Positions 24,961 to 39,109 of a stretch of 64,000 bases of DNA are shown piece after piece (within the stretch, counting starts at the first letter, position 1; each line of letters opens with the position of its first letter). Both the position numbers and the translations under genes were made by a program. Origin of the DNA: Amphiscolops sp. MND2022. Its lineage: Eukaryota. The stretch is taken from the NCBI GenBank assembly GCA_964187785.1, contig OZ076412.1:65224001-65288000 (forward strand), in the 5' to 3' direction. The notes beneath the pieces are model-generated. The model was not told the DNA's origin. It saw only the letters and a list, made by a program, of their open reading frames with translations, and searched no databases.

Positions 24961-27900
24961 CGCTAGCATTGGAAGGGTGATTATACTAATGTCAGCATTT
25001 CAAAATGAAAATGAGATACAAAACATTTTGGGTCTGGCCTAAGAGAAGCGTCTCATTGATGAACCCATCGTTCACAATGAAAAACGCGATGATCAAATCC
25101 CAAACCGCGAAGTCTTTGATTAAGATGTGTATACCATTGAAAACCAAGAATTGCTCCAGAAACTCTCTGAACTAAAAGTAGATATCGACGCTTTATTGAA
25201 AGCAAGAGACGAGGGATCCAGTCTGCGGAGTTTGGAAGACGCGGAACAGAGACTGCCAGATGTTCGGATAAGTTCGGCAGCAGATAAACTCCGTAAAAAA
25301 ACACTTCGCCAGAAAAAGATCTGGAACTTGATGACGAGCAAAAAGAAAAACGTGGTCTCAACGTGAATGACAGCCAAGGGCCCTGAAATGAAGCTAGATC
25401 AATGCCAATAGAAGCATTAGGCGTACATTGGCAAGGTGGATGAACCAAAAGCAACAAATCTTCTGTGTAATCCAAAACGTCAAGTGTGAGACGAGTTCTC
25501 AATTTTGAGCGAAAATCTTTGAAAGAGCCAGAAGAACTGCAAACCCGCATAGAGAAATTGAGATGTGAAGATAAAAACGTTGAATAGCTGATTTGCAAGA
25601 GGAGCTGGACCCAAAATCAGGATCCCCATAAGGAAAATAGAGAAGGCAAAAATTTCGGGTAGTTGTGGGTCTAGCTTCCGAAGTATCTCACCGGTCGGAT
25701 CAGCAGACGGCACTTTGACGAAAGTCTCAGGATGGATGGACAAAACAGAAGCAGCTGAAAACGCGGCTCAGTCCGTTAACGTGCCATCAGTATACCCGCA
25801 AACGTCCGTATCAAAACCAGTGAGTACACTACAATCGACGCACGAAGGACAATGCACAGCACAAGCAAGGACTTGAAACCCTCAGTGACACCAATCATAA
25901 CCACAGAAGCCGATGTGCGAGATAATGGGTGGGATAGAACGAACAAAGACTGACTACGGTGCTGGCAGTCAAAGAGCGACAGTGCTACCAGAAAAGAAAT
26001 TCGCCACATCGAAACCGTCAAGGACCATTTGGTTGCAGTCCAAAGTTGGTTACCCCCTGCAGGAGTGGTGCATTTGAAGTACCACAGTTTGCGAAGACGC
26101 AAAAGCAGTATTCACCAATTCACGGGCCAAACTTTAACTCAAATTCAAAAAAAGACTCTTTCATCAGATCTAGTATGCCGAAACTAAAGCTGCCTTAATT
26201 TTCCGGTGACCCATTGGAGTGACCAGAAAGGTTGAAAATATTCCATGCAACCGTCCATGCAGCGAACATGAACGACAGTGTGAACTTGAATCACCTTAAA
26301 GCAATGGTATCAGGTAAAGCTAAAGAAGCAACAGCTGACCTAGGATACACTGCTGAGATGTATATTGTGGCATAGAACGTCTTAGTTCGTAATTTCGGGA
26401 AACCTCGCACAGCCGGAGCGAATTTACTCTTTTCCACCGATGAAACCTTATGACGGAGCCGTATTGATCATGTTTGCGAGAACAGTGTCGAGTTGTGTGA
26501 ACGTTTTGACACACTTGAAACAATTCAACTACGTGGGAGACCTAAACTCAGAGGGAGATTTGGGGAGCGCCACAAGGAAGTTAACACTGGACATAAAAAT
26601 TAAGTGGCTCAATTATGTCAAGGAAATGGACCTATATCATCCTGGACCTGCTGTGTTCAGTGAATTGCTCCATGATATGTGCAAGATGAATTGCTTTTGT
26701 CCTCGAAGTCGAGCTACTAAGAAAAAGCCAAAGGCTCCACCTTTGCAACATCAAAAACAAGCACAGCGAAGGATAATTTGAAAACTCAGCGAGAGTTGTA
26801 AAGACGGGAAACATCCAATACGGAAATGTGAGAAATCCAAGAAGATGAATGTCGAGGAAAGAGGACAAAAAACGAAAGAACTGAAGGTTTGCTTCAATTG
26901 TTTGACAGACTCACATCAGATGCAAAATTGCTCTGGCAGACTCTGTAATGTCAATGGTTGAGGAAAGGCTCATCCCAGTTTACTACGTGGACCCTACAAG
27001 AACGTCGAGCAAAACCAAAATAATGAAAATGTCTTTAATGAGAAGCAGTGATGAGCTTCCAGTCTTTCCGGTAACAATAAGCAGTGGTAGCAGAACACTG
27101 AAAGCTTTCGTTTAGTGCAACTCTGGAGCTAGTTTGTCGTTTGTGGACGAGAGGCTGATGAAAGTGCCAAATCTGACAGGACAGTCAGTTGATATGAATG
27201 CTGCAGGGATTCATGGAACTTCAGATATAAGTAGTGAACGACTTCGAGTTAGATTGGTTATCAAGACAGAAAAGTTCATGAAGATATCATTGCTTACAGG
27301 CATTCAAACGTAAATGCGGAAAATTGAACCGTCAATTTGAAAGACGTCAAAGTCATCTTGGAAAGAGATTGTTATCACTTGCATAGAGCAACAGAAAAAA
27401 TTGTGGAAACGCAAAACCTCAGGCAGTGCGAACGAAGCTGGGATGGATGCTCAGTGGACCCTTGCCTCGACAAGAGACTCGCAACTGAAAGCATAGTTGC
27501 AGCAGAAATGGACCAATTGGCGGATCAAGTGAAAATTTGGAGAGGCAAGGAATCGTATGCTTACAACTTCAACGTTTCCTGGAGGTCCAAGGAAGATGAG
27601 CGAGCGCTTGAATTGCTCCAGGCAACAACAAAGTTTGAGGGAGAGAGGTATGAGGTCGGGCAAACTCCAAAGTCGCAATTGCCAAAAAAATACAGTTCAG
27701 CAGTTAGTCGAGTGCAGACCAGAAAAAATGGGAATTTGAAGCAACACTACCAAGAGACAGGTGATTTGGATGTAAAAAAGGATTTGTGAGGAGTCTGGAT
27801 GAAACAGAGCTTGAAAACACTCAAACAGGCCGCAGGTGGTACGTTCCGCATCTTCCTGTGCTCAACCCGATCAAGCCAGACAACACCAGGCAGGTATGCA

Positions 27901-30608
27901 ACGCAGCTTGAAAGTTCGGAGGAGTCTCGCTCAATGATATTAGGCCCCGAATTTCTACAATCGCTCATAAAAATTTTCTTCTGATACAAGGAGAAGCAGA
28001 TTACCTTGACAGCAGACGTTTATGCGATGTTTCTCCAAGTGGAATTGCCCTGCAGACTGCAAAGAGCTCATATATTCGTGGAGAGAACACAACACTGAAC
28101 TTGTCTCTGTAGACGAATTTTTGGAGCTAAAAGTTCGCCGAAACGTGTCAACTATGCTTTGCATTAAATCGGACGAAACTGCAAAGATGACAATAGGATA
28201 ATCGCAAAGCTGATCAACAGAGTTTTCTATATGGACGATTTTGTGCAGTCAGTAGCTTCAAAGGAAGAAGCAGTTGAAGTGTACAAAAGCTTGCAAATGC
28301 GAAATGGATTCGCAACTCCGAGAAAGTGACGGAAGAAACATCTCCATATGACAGTTCAGTTCTCTAAGCAAGTCATTCGAATCAGAACCCTTGACATTGT
28401 TTATTTCGTGACTTCAATTGAATATTAGGACAGAGAGTCTTGAGATCTGCCGCGGTATGGGAGAAGGTGTACCTGCCAAGGTACCTCAGAGAATTGTTCA
28501 AGTTTTCTGTGTGTTTGACCCGTTGGAATTCTTTTCCCTTTCACGATGAGGATGAGATTGTTGCTCGAAGGAATTCGGAAGAAGCATGGGCAATCGTGGG
28601 ACAAAGAGTTATCTCCAGAAGACGAGATAAACTTCAAGAATTAAGCATCAGAGTTGAGTCACATGAAATGAGATAGCAACCAATAGAAAATTTTTATTTA
28701 TCCGAAAGTGAGGAAGTAGTGGACTTGCACATTTTTACCGATGCATCTCTGGACGCCATATGCATAGTAGCCTACTTTCGAGATCAAAAGACCGGAGATC
28801 TGGCCTGGGTAGTAGGAAAATGTCGAGTAGTGCCTTTGATGCAGCAACAATTCCCTGACTAGAGCTACAAGCAGCTATTTATGGGACTCGATTGAAACAA
28901 TTGATCGTTGACAACACGACATTGAAATTGAACTCGGATTCGAAAACTGTTTTGCAATGGTTGCAAGGAGCAATCGGTGATTGTGGCAAACAGAGTAGCT
29001 GGAATCCGGATTAGTTTAACCATAGATCAGGCGGGACATGTCGAACAAACCTTAAACACTGCCCTTATTGGTACAAGAAAATCCGTTAATTAGCTAGAAA
29101 AGAGCGAATGGTTCACAGGGCCGCCATGGGTCGGTGAAACGGAAGATGCTTTACCAGAAACCCCACCACAGTTTATCCAGCTGAAAAGAGAAGACACTGA
29201 ACATTTCTTTGAAGTCGTGTTTTAAGAAAAAGGTATAGAATGGGAGAAGGTCGGTCCCTTTCTGAAACATGACGCGGATTTTTGTATGATGCCTTCGGTT
29301 CCAATGAAAAGTAAAAAAAATGTAGTAACGTCAGAAAAAGTTAAACAAGTTACCCGACTGCTATTGCGGAAGAGCCTGATAGAAAGCTTCGTTCCAACTA
29401 ATTAAGCATTGGCCAGAGCCAAACCTATGGCAGCATCTGCTCACTTGAACATTTTATCCCCATTTTTGGACGATCAAAAGATAAAGCGATTAAAAGGACG
29501 ACAGGCGAATTATGATATGAAAAATCTAATTTTGCTATATGCGATGCGAAGAATCCAATATTGAGAAACTGATTGAGTATGCGCACAAAATTAACTATCA
29601 AGAGGGAACAGAGTATGTCCGCTGTATTTTGCAGCAGAAATCCTGGATATTGGACTGTGAAACGCCCTCAGAAATGTGAAATTGAAGCGCAGTAAGTTGA
29701 GAAAGCAACAAGTTGGGGGAGTACAACTTTTCATGGCAGATTTTCCCAAAGAAAGATTGGAAGAAAGAGTGTTCCCATTTGCCAATGCTGGAGTAAATTA
29801 CTTTGGATCATTCGAAGTGAGATTCATGAGAAAATCAATAAAACGATGGTGTTGCCTGTTCACATGTTTCACAACAAGAGCTGTACATTTTGAAGTCGAG
29901 TCCAGTTTGGAAGACGACGCCTGTCTCGCTGCCATTACAAGATTCCTCGCTAGAAGAGGAAAACCTAAAAGCATTTTGAGTGCTGATGGAACGAACTTGT
30001 GGGCGCAACGAGAAAAATTCGAGAGTGGATAGAAGCTTGGAATCAATCAGACAATGAGCTAAACTCAGAGGCAGATTTGGGGAGCGCCACAAAGAAGTTA
30101 ACACTGGACAGAAATGAGAGATCTAAATGGAACACAGAAGAAGTTCGAGAACTGGAAGACAATGATTTGGTTTGTATAATTGATGAGAATGTGAACCGAG
30201 TACACTACAAGTTGGGTAGAGTGTTGGAAGTCTACCACGAAAGCAATGAGATCAGCGCTAGTTAAAACGGAAGATGGTAAATTAAAAAGACCAGTAGTGA
30301 AACTGGCACCCCTGGTCTATGAAAGTGTTTTCCGGGAAAAAAACAGGTCCGGCGATATTGGAGCCAGTCAATTGCAAGTCGAGAAATTGAATTTAAGACG
30401 TGACTGATGAAACATATAACCCATAACATTTTTGAAACGTTGTCAAGATTTCACTTGAACGTTACGATTTTACCAAAAATGACCCTATGTACCGTCCCGT
30501 ACGGGTTAAACGAACATTGTTACACCTTGAAACTTGGCACACATATACTCGTGGTGCCAACTTAACCTTTTATTCGGATCACCCCGTATGTCCCCTGGGG
30601 AAAGGAAA

Positions 30609-31186
30609 GTCAACTCTGGTGAAATTATTGATATTTACATTGTGTAAACATACTTTCTAGCCACCTAACAATCATGCCAAAACCAATACATAGTTTGTTT
30701 ACTTAACCAATAACTTCATGATATGCTTTGAAGTGTAACTTTTGACACTTACATATATTTGCTCTATTTTTGCTGATGAATTGTAAACCAGATTTTTATC
30801 ATTATTAGAGATTTTAACGACTGAATAGCTGTTGTCAGGTTGGGTCTTAGGACCTAGAGACTAATAAATGACCTTCTCAATCTTAACAACTTTTCGCTAG
30901 AGTCAGAGCGAACAAGTAGCTACTTAGTTGGAGAGCCGGAGCGCGTGAAGATACAGCAAAGAAAGTGTGTGACGGTTCTCAGAAGTTCAAAACAATTGTC
31001 AAAAAGGATTGCAGGAGATCCTACGGGTCACATTGGACCCAAAAAGAAACAAGATAGAGTCCTTTACAAGAATAAAGCAGTAAAATTAATGACAGTCCAA
31101 ATAATAATATCAGTACTAAACTACGGACCGGGGCGGCGTAAAGCTTGTCAAGCTTCAGCGCAAGATAAGGACAGGCAGCCGTTGCA
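30609..31186 (+). repeat. BEL-2 3' LTR
   Basis: Follows the integrase tail; ends ggcagccgttgca, like the BEL-3 LTR end gcagccgttaca. Confidence 0.65.
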
Positions 31187-31189
31187 GAC

Positions 31190-32350
31190 TGACTCCCTTG
31201 GGGTTGCTGGTGAGTTACCAACAGTTGCTGGCACTGCAGAACAAAGTGGATGAGCGAAGCCGCTGATCTTCCGATGACTGACTTTTTAGGGCGTAGAACT
31301 TGGACCTTGGGTACGTACATTTTGGAGGTTGTTCTACATTGCATGGTATTCATTAGGCCTTATGTTACATGAGCTACATATATTGTAGGAGAATTGGTGA
31401 GACAACGTGCTGGTACGTCGTCATCATCGCTCATGTGTGTTCTAAGCGTCATCACTCTTGATGTGTGTCGTTAATATCTTGTACACGTATCTTTTGTTAC
31501 GTTATGCTAGTTAGTGTTCCCACTTATTTTTTTATTCGACGTTAGGTGTGTTGATGTCTTTTTTGGGCTTTCCCAACACGAGGCGAAGCCTACCTATCAT
31601 CAGGAGTGTTGTCGAGGGGTGGTCATAGATATGTTTGTTGTCGTTGTAAATGTAAGACATTTACTTTCACCGCTAATATCGTGTCGTTTTCATGAACTCG
31701 TTGCATATGTGGACGAGGTTTGCGAGGCAACTATTATTTTTCTGTTGTTATTTTTAGATGTTCGTTTAATACGGAAAAAGTTTTTGTCGTCACAAAAATC
31801 CGTACAAAAGTTACACCAAATCCATTTGCTAAAGAGCAAGCTTCATTTGATTATGACAACCAGCCACACAGACACCCTTTTGACGACGAGCCCACACAAC
31901 TGCCACTTTGATTCTTTACGTTTTCCAGTAGGTCAAGGCTTTTTGTATAACGTTTAACAGGCAGCTAGTTATTTCTGTTAGTTTGAACAATTCGTTGGTA
32001 ACAGGTTCACTTGTGGTAAGGTGTCGGACTTTTACTGGTATTTTCATGTTCAAAGTAGCTTCCCGATAGTTCCCGACAGAGTTTGAGCGGAGATTTGACT
32101 AAATTGATTAATTTATATGTTGATTACATTTGCGTTACATTTATTTTCAATTTAGACCAATAGGATTGGTGTGTAATTCCGCCAGCAGAGAGCGGGACTA
32201 CGGTGAGTGGCAGTCGTTTCTTGTGTTTTGTGGGTTTGCATTTGTTCGAAAGATAGTCAATTGGAATGGTACAGCTGTAGCGACTCAGTGAGGCTTGAGT
32301 GCTTTTTGTTGTAGAGATGTGTTGTAGTTGCGGAGCACTTACCAATTCGG
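31190..32350 (-). pseudogene. Putative N-terminal/middle part of the extra sense (env-like) ORF of Gypsy-X
   Basis: Post-integrase Cys-rich frames; basic RRQK/VVKR followed by a hydrophobic stretch near 31850-31888. Confidence 0.3.
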
Positions 32351-32499
32351 GAGTTTTACGTGTCTACGTAACTGTCGTTAGCGCTCCTTAAAGACGTTGT
32401 GATGTGTTAATCATTGGAGCGTTTACAAGGACGGTGGTAGGAAGGAAGGTAGGACATTCCCATATTGGATGAATAAGATTATATAATAAGCTTACATGT

Positions 32500-33350
32500 G
32501 TTTTTAGAAGACGTTTACAGTTTTCTGTTTTTTAACAGCGGTTGTTTTAACGCAGGTGTTCAATTTTTGGCAGTGGTACGTGGTTATCGACGAGAGCTTG
32601 CTCACTGAGGGCCCCGGGATCTTCAGATTGTTGTGCTGGATGGTCAACAGTATCAGGTAGGGGCTCTTTTGGTGTGAACGGGCAGAGCCGCATTTTGTGA
32701 ACACAGTTCGTATTTGAAATTTTTGTACTATGTAGTTGGAATTGGAAAAGATTTTTACGACTTTATACGGTTCTTCCCACTTGATTTTCCTGGAGGGAAA
32801 TTTGTCCGATGGGCCTGTTAATTTGTTGTTAAGTAAAAAAGTATAAAGTTGACTTTCTTTCATAGGTTATGCTTGTAGCCTGTTATTGTGAAATGCTTCA
32901 AGGATGTTGGCATGTGTCTCCTGAAACTTTTTGTTCATGTTGTCGAGAATCCCGTTGACGTCGGTTGTACTGCGATGTTCCTGTAGCAAGGTACCAAAAT
33001 TATTGTCCAGTGCTTTGAATGGGATTCAACCATGGAAAACTTAAGTGGGAGTGCAACGGAGTACCTGGTGGTATGTGGTGTTACGAGCCATTACGGCCAT
33101 GTTAACGTATTTGTGCCATTGCTGTGAGTCAGCGGAACGTTGATTCTAAGGATTTTTTTCAGCTTTTGCTGTGAATGATCTACCATACCGATCGTTTGCG
33201 TGTGTTTTTCAGTTGCATGTTCGATCTCTAATACCGGCAGTCTCCATTAGTGTGTGGAATAATTGACGTGAACGTGGATCCTTTGTCCGACAGGATGGTT
33301 TTTGGCACATACAACTCCAAGTGGTTTCTTGTTTTTTTTTCAAAACTAAG
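32500..33350 (-). pseudogene. Gypsy-X integrase (C-terminal half of the core plus GPY/F tail)
   Basis: ILSDKGSTFTS, EHAT..TIGMVD, WHKYVNMAVMARNTTYH and KWEEPYKVVKIFSNSNYIV. Confidence 0.85.
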
Positions 33351-33899
33351 ATTGGGAAAAAGTGGCTTGTAAAGTTAGCATGATTAGGTAGTATTCATTT
33401 TGAGTAAAAAGTGTTCTCATGCGTTGATTATCAGAGTTTTCAAGCTGGCCCTGGACTATTTGAAAATCCCCACTGGGCATACCTGGTTTACCACGTTGTC
33501 ATGATGTCTTCGTGTGAATTTGGTGAAAGTCATCTCGTCATACTGGCCCGTGATGATGGGCGGCGTGACGTGATGACGGATGGTTTCAAGCCTCGCTGAA
33601 ACTGTTGCCTTGATTCGTTGTTGTATGTATGTAGTCCTCTTCATCCCCGTCTTGCTTTTAATGTCAGATCAATCTCAACGCGGCGTTTTTAATGTCAGAT
33701 TGATCTCAACGCGGAAGACTAGAATCTCATTGTTGACCTTGAGGTGTACTCGATCCTGGGGTTGAATGTCAATTCGAGACATGTTGTCAGGTGCGGGACT
33801 TCGGTACGTGGTACGTGGGCAAGTCACAGTAGTTCCACAGCGTCGGTTGAATCCCTTTTGATTGGACAAGTCTAGTGAGTTTCTTGTTGTCTGTTATCA

Positions 33900-35470
33900 C
33901 CATTGTTGGTTTGTTGACTACCCCGAGTATGTGGGCAAACTAATCTATAGCGAAATCCATTGCCAGGAACTCCTTGGGGTACTTAGTCAGCGACATTTGG
34001 CCTTCTGTGAATCGTTGTGATGCGAATGCAACTGGAGCGTATTACTTCATAATGCCAGTGTCAGGGTCAGTGTAGTCTTCTATTAGAAGTATGTAACTGG
34101 CAGCATGCTAGCTTGCATCACCGACTATTACAAATTGTTTGTCGGGCAGTTGGAGACGTAATTACAGTTCTGCGGCTTTGGCAGGGTTTTCATTGATGTG
34201 GAAAATTGTGTCCTTGTGTTGTTGTGTCATCTCGAACTTGACGCCCTTCATGGAGCAACACTGTGAGTTTTTCTGCCAGGCGTGGAATGTACTGCCTGTA
34301 GAACTACGAAGACGATGTACCTCTGGAAGGACTGACTGATGTCGGTAGTTCCATGGTTTTCAGGAACTTGTCGATTTTGTCCTAAAATGGCGCTACGCCA
34401 TTTAAGGAAATGCTTCCTCCGAGAAAGTGCTCTTTTAATGCGTGGTCAAACGCACACTTGGACTTTGACAGTTTGAGGCTTGCTTTCTGGATTTCCTGAG
34501 AAACTGCTTCAATGTTCAGCAGTAGGTATTCGACGTTGTGTGCAGCACTTCCAAGTTGTCGACGTATTGCGCACATTTGTCAGCTTTTACAAGTGCGTCC
34601 ATATATTCTGGTACGGTACTGTTGATTGCAGGGAGGGATCTGCAGAGTCGCTGTGCCGGTCGCAGGTAGGCGAATGTGCGGCTTCCGAAGTTGATTGCCA
34701 GCAGTTGTACTAATTGCTCGTCTGTCATCTGTAAGCAATGATTGGCCTGCGAACAGTCCAACTTGCAGAAGTCCATCTTCTTTCCTGTCATATGTTGGGC
34801 GGCGTCAGCGATGGTAGTGACTGGATAGTTATGTTGGTTGCAATCATTTTCCAAAAGATGCTTGACCAGCGCAAGTCCACTAAGATACGGAATTTTCCAT
34901 TCGGCTTTCGCTGAGCGAATATGGCAGATGAGTTTTTGCTGTATGGCAGCGTGGTGAGCATACCAAACGCCTGTATCAGTGCCAGTTCGACGAGTTGGTT
35001 GTCGTTGAATTTGGCTGGCGCGGGAAGGGTCTGTGCATACACTAGATCGTCGTGCTTTGGTGTCAGCGTGATTTTGAATTCAGTATTTGTGCCGATAACA
35101 AATCGGTGCCTGGCAAACATGTTGTTATACTTGACTAGGATGTTCTCGATTTGCTGGAGTTCGTGCCCAGGGAAAATGAAAATTTCTCACTGAATGTTGG
35201 CAAGGAGCGCGTGTCGTAGTTGGTCATCAACAGTCGGGTCAAGTGTTTTTTCTTCGCGGAGTTTGATGTTTCCATCATATATCTTTTTGTCAATAGGAGT
35301 CAGCTTCGACGGGTCGTTTCAGGTCTGTGGTGTAGTGTACCAGCGTCTGTATGATTTCGCGTCTGGCTCTTGGAATAGTTGGTTTAGCACATTGGTTGCT
35401 TCCTCTGGGTCTTTGATAATGAGTGTGAGTTGTTCATTTGACATAGGTTGTTGATTTTTTGCTTGGTTGG
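33900..35470 (-). pseudogene. Gypsy-X RT and RNase H
   Basis: FARHRFVIG, IFAQRKPNGKFRILVDLR, FCKLDCSQA, QYVDN (degenerate YVDD) and DAS.HAA. Confidence 0.9.
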
Positions 35471-35987
35471 TGTACCGGCTGCTTGATCGCTTCACTTGAC
35501 CAAACTTCACGTCGCCCTGAATTCGGTGCTCGGTACTTCGGATCGTTACCGACCACTGCCTGCTTCTAAGATAAAAAGGACTGTATCTTGACTTAGTGGA
35601 TCCAATGATCCCGAATTGCACTTCTTCCTTGTCTCTCAACGCGTCCAACTCTCCACAAGTTGAGAGTAACTATCTTAGTCGCCCTTAGTCGTTGGCGAAA
35701 AGTCAAAAAGGGATGAAGAAATGAATTGAGAGTTAAAACGATCCTAAGACCCAACTTGAATACAACTTTCCAATCAATTTGTGCCTGTCTAGTATTGGTA
35801 TAAACCTGGTTTAAAATTCTACAGTTAATATAAGTCAGTTAATGTGGTATACATAAATGACATTCGAGTGAATTATTAAAGTTATTGGCTATGTAAACAA
35901 AGTACATAGTGCTTTTGGCATAGTTGTTTGGTGGGCTAGAAAGAACGATTTAACTACGTAAAGATCACCAATACCAATAGCATTTAT
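35471..35987 (-). repeat. BEL-3 3' LTR (517 bp)
   Basis: Homologous to 40952-41469; ends cagccggtaca and is followed by Gypsy-X pol sequence. Confidence 0.85.
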
Positions 35988-36329
35988 TATCCTTCAAGGT
36001 CACATGAGAAAATCCAATATTATTTAGTATATCAACTTTGGGTTTTCATGGGGTCCGACCTAGGTCACTTTGGGTTTTAATTGCTCCGAGCCCAGGGGAG
36101 ACACGGGGTAGGATGTCCCAACTCAAAAATAGTTAGGGTAACAGCACCACTATATGGGTGCCAAGTGCGAGGTGATTGAAGGAGTGGTTAACCCGGACGC
36201 GGGGTAGCCCAATTTGCGGAAACCCTACTTCTGTTGAAACTTGAGTGCAATGAAATTGAGTTTCTGATTGTGAAATTGACTGGCGCCAACATTGTCGGCC
36301 CTGTTTTTCTCCCAAAAAACACTTTCAAA

Positions 36330-39105
36330 GAACATGGGTGCCAGTTTCACTACTAGGTTTTTGAGTTTATCGTCACTTGTCGTTGTCTGAGAGCTCCAGT
36401 TTCATTGACATATTTGTCAGTTGTTTTTTGTGTTTTTTTCTGCTGCAATTGTTTTTTAACCCATATTCCAGTTCGTTGACCATAAGGTTGCTTTCCACAT
36501 ATTCACATAACACATTCAAAGTTTTCCTAAAAAGTGTTCTTCCATTTGAAGTGAAAGTTTTCCCATTTATCACAAACTTCATCATCAACGTCCGTCAGTG
36601 ATTGAGTTCAATCGATTACTTTTCCTTTGAACTTTCAAAAGGTATAAAACAGAAGTGCTTCAGATCATTTAACTCGACTTCCATAAATGCTTCATTATCC
36701 GAAGAGTAGATTTCCCGATATATCGAAACTATCCCCAACCACTTTTCCAAGATTTGCTCTGCTACACATTTCGTCATCAAAGTAGACTGACAGTTCGGGA
36801 TATATGTCGAAGTGAGTTCGTTCCCTACTCTTTCCATAATCAAGCATTTAATTTGGTGAATAATCGTTGAATCATCTATCAGCATCACTCGTAGATACAG
36901 AGACGTTTCCACATTACGGCGATTGAAGTTTTTCTTTTGTTTTCGGTATGCTCTATGCATCCAATGGGATTAGTCGCTGGGCTACATTTTGCTCTTTGCT
37001 TACAAGCACGTCAATATCCTTAGCTACATCCGTGTTTTCTTCCAGTAACCACAATGCTGTGGAGTTTTGCTTTCGCTTCTGTTTGTAGAAAGTCATCGAT
37101 CTTCGCTCACCATAAAACTCCAATTTCTTATCATCTGGGTTTCTATTAGGCTATAAATGATCATCAGAAACTTCCAACTTAGCAAACGACTCATACTGAG
37201 TCCACATTGTCTTGAATAAAGTAGCCAGCCCATTGCAAGACCCGTTGCTCCAACTTTTCGTTGTTGGTACTTGCAAAGAACACATTTGCGTTTTTGTCAC
37301 TGATGAGTTGTCTCTGAATTAATGCAGACCAACTGGGTCATCTTGTAATCCGTTCTCGTTCAATTGAGCTCTTTCATCCATTTCATGGAGCAGGTTCGAG
37401 GTTGGTTCAATATTCCCAGTTCTTTGCATCGGTCGCTTGTGGTGGCCTTTGCTCAATCGAGTTTTGTCAATGCCATTAGCCTGTGCCACTGCGTCCATCC
37501 CAAATTGTTGCTCGTGCACAAACCCATAAAATTCAAAACATTTGTTCCCTTCTTCAAGGAGTAGATTACTGTCATAAAACTTGTCACTTTGAAGAGAATC
37601 CCTTGTACGTCCTGCAGTACGGTGGAAACTTCTGCACTCTCTTGCAGCGGTTCAAATTGTACACCCGATTCTTCAGACGTTTGTTCGCCTATTGCGAATG
37701 TTAAGCTTCTGAGCTCATTCGTTGCTTCAGTCACTGTGTATTCCAAGATCCCCTCTGCTTGTACTATCAAAAGCTCACTCATAACCAAGTGAATCTCTTC
37801 TTTCAAAACCTTTGTGGTATAGACGAGGAGGGTTTCTGAACGGAAGTCTTGCCAGCCTTCGTCTACAACCAAAGTGTCTGGCCAGTTCCACATCCATTCT
37901 GCATGTGAGAAGCTTCGGGGTTCCATTGTTTACCTCGCGTTCTGCATTTGACACATTTCAGTCCCCAAATGACTCACAATCATTAATTTTGTCTCGCAAC
38001 TTCCCATTGTGTTGACACATGTCTGAACACTTCATCTGCTCAGGTTTCCATTTTTTCATTGTACACTTTCCTTTTAGTTTCTGGTTAGGAGTTTTTAGCG
38101 AAGCCGTTTCTACTTGCTCGCCCATGAATTCGTCTTTTTATTCCAGCGATTCCTTGCGATCACTTGAACGTTTTTGCCCGAAGTATGTTATGTTTGAGTT
38201 TGCTCAGAGTTCACATTATTGAACTACTTTCGACGCCTTTTTGGCTCGAGCGCCAATGTGATCCAACAGTACTCTTTGAATTAATTTGCCCAAAACAGAG
38301 TTCTTTGTTGCTTTTCAGGCGTGACTCTTTGCTCGTCATTCCGCTTTTGTCCTTCTGAGAACGAGCGCCTTGCCCACGAAGTTCAGTTCCTGTAACAGGC
38401 TTTGTTGAGGTCGAGGATGCCTTGAAGGTCCGATTGCGTTTCTGTGGACCTTTGCATGGTTGCAACCGCTTTGGCACTTCATGCGATTGTGTCGGTTTTA
38501 ACTGAATTCCATTTCGCGCTAATGCTGTTTCTTGGTTGGCAGCTTGTTTAGTTCTCGCGCTTTCTTCTTCGAGCTTAGCAATTTCGAGTTCTTCCCTGAG
38601 TATCCTCATATGCATCTCCTCTTGTTTCTTCCGAGTCTCGGCGTGACGTTTCTTAGCAGCTAGTTGTTCATAAGCTGCGCATTAGCTTGAGCTTCCTTAT
38701 GCAAAGGCTTCTCATTGCCGCGTTTGTAGAGGCTCCACTTGTCATTTGGGGATGCTTCGTTTTGTTTGTCTAATCTTTTGGACCCTTCAACATTGTCTTC
38801 ACATCAGGGAACCAATATCCCCAGCTGGCTTCTAATTCAGCAAAGAAATCTTCCCATTCAGTCACCCTTCGTCTTTGAGTTTCTTTATTCGTGAGATCCA
38901 ACATGAGAACTACGTTATGCAACAATGCTTCTTTGTTTTTGCGATATTGGAATACCTGATCATTCAATTTTCTTCTGCAAAGAATAGCGTCTTGCTTGTC
39001 AAGCTTGTCATCCATGTCTTTTATCAGAGTCCGTATTCTTTTAACTCGTGTGGGTACAATATCCAGATAAAAGCGCCACACATACCAGTCGGAATCATTT
39101 TCCAA
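36330..39105 (-). pseudogene. BEL-3 cargo ORFs of unknown function
   Basis: ORFs 39105-38770, 38615-38211, 37926-37453, 36960-36616 and 36588-36373; no gag/pol motifs recognised except the terminal integrase tail. Confidence 0.5.
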
Positions 39106-39109
39106 GTCT

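Larger units (their letters stand above)
24225..31186 (+). mobile_element. Bel/Pao element BEL-2 (degenerate, probably chimeric)
   Basis: PKLKLP.FSGDPLE gag, Cys/His knuckles, YMDD at 28228-28239, IFTDAS RNase H, WCCLFTC..TRAVHFEV integrase and RPVVKLAP tail. Confidence 0.9.
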
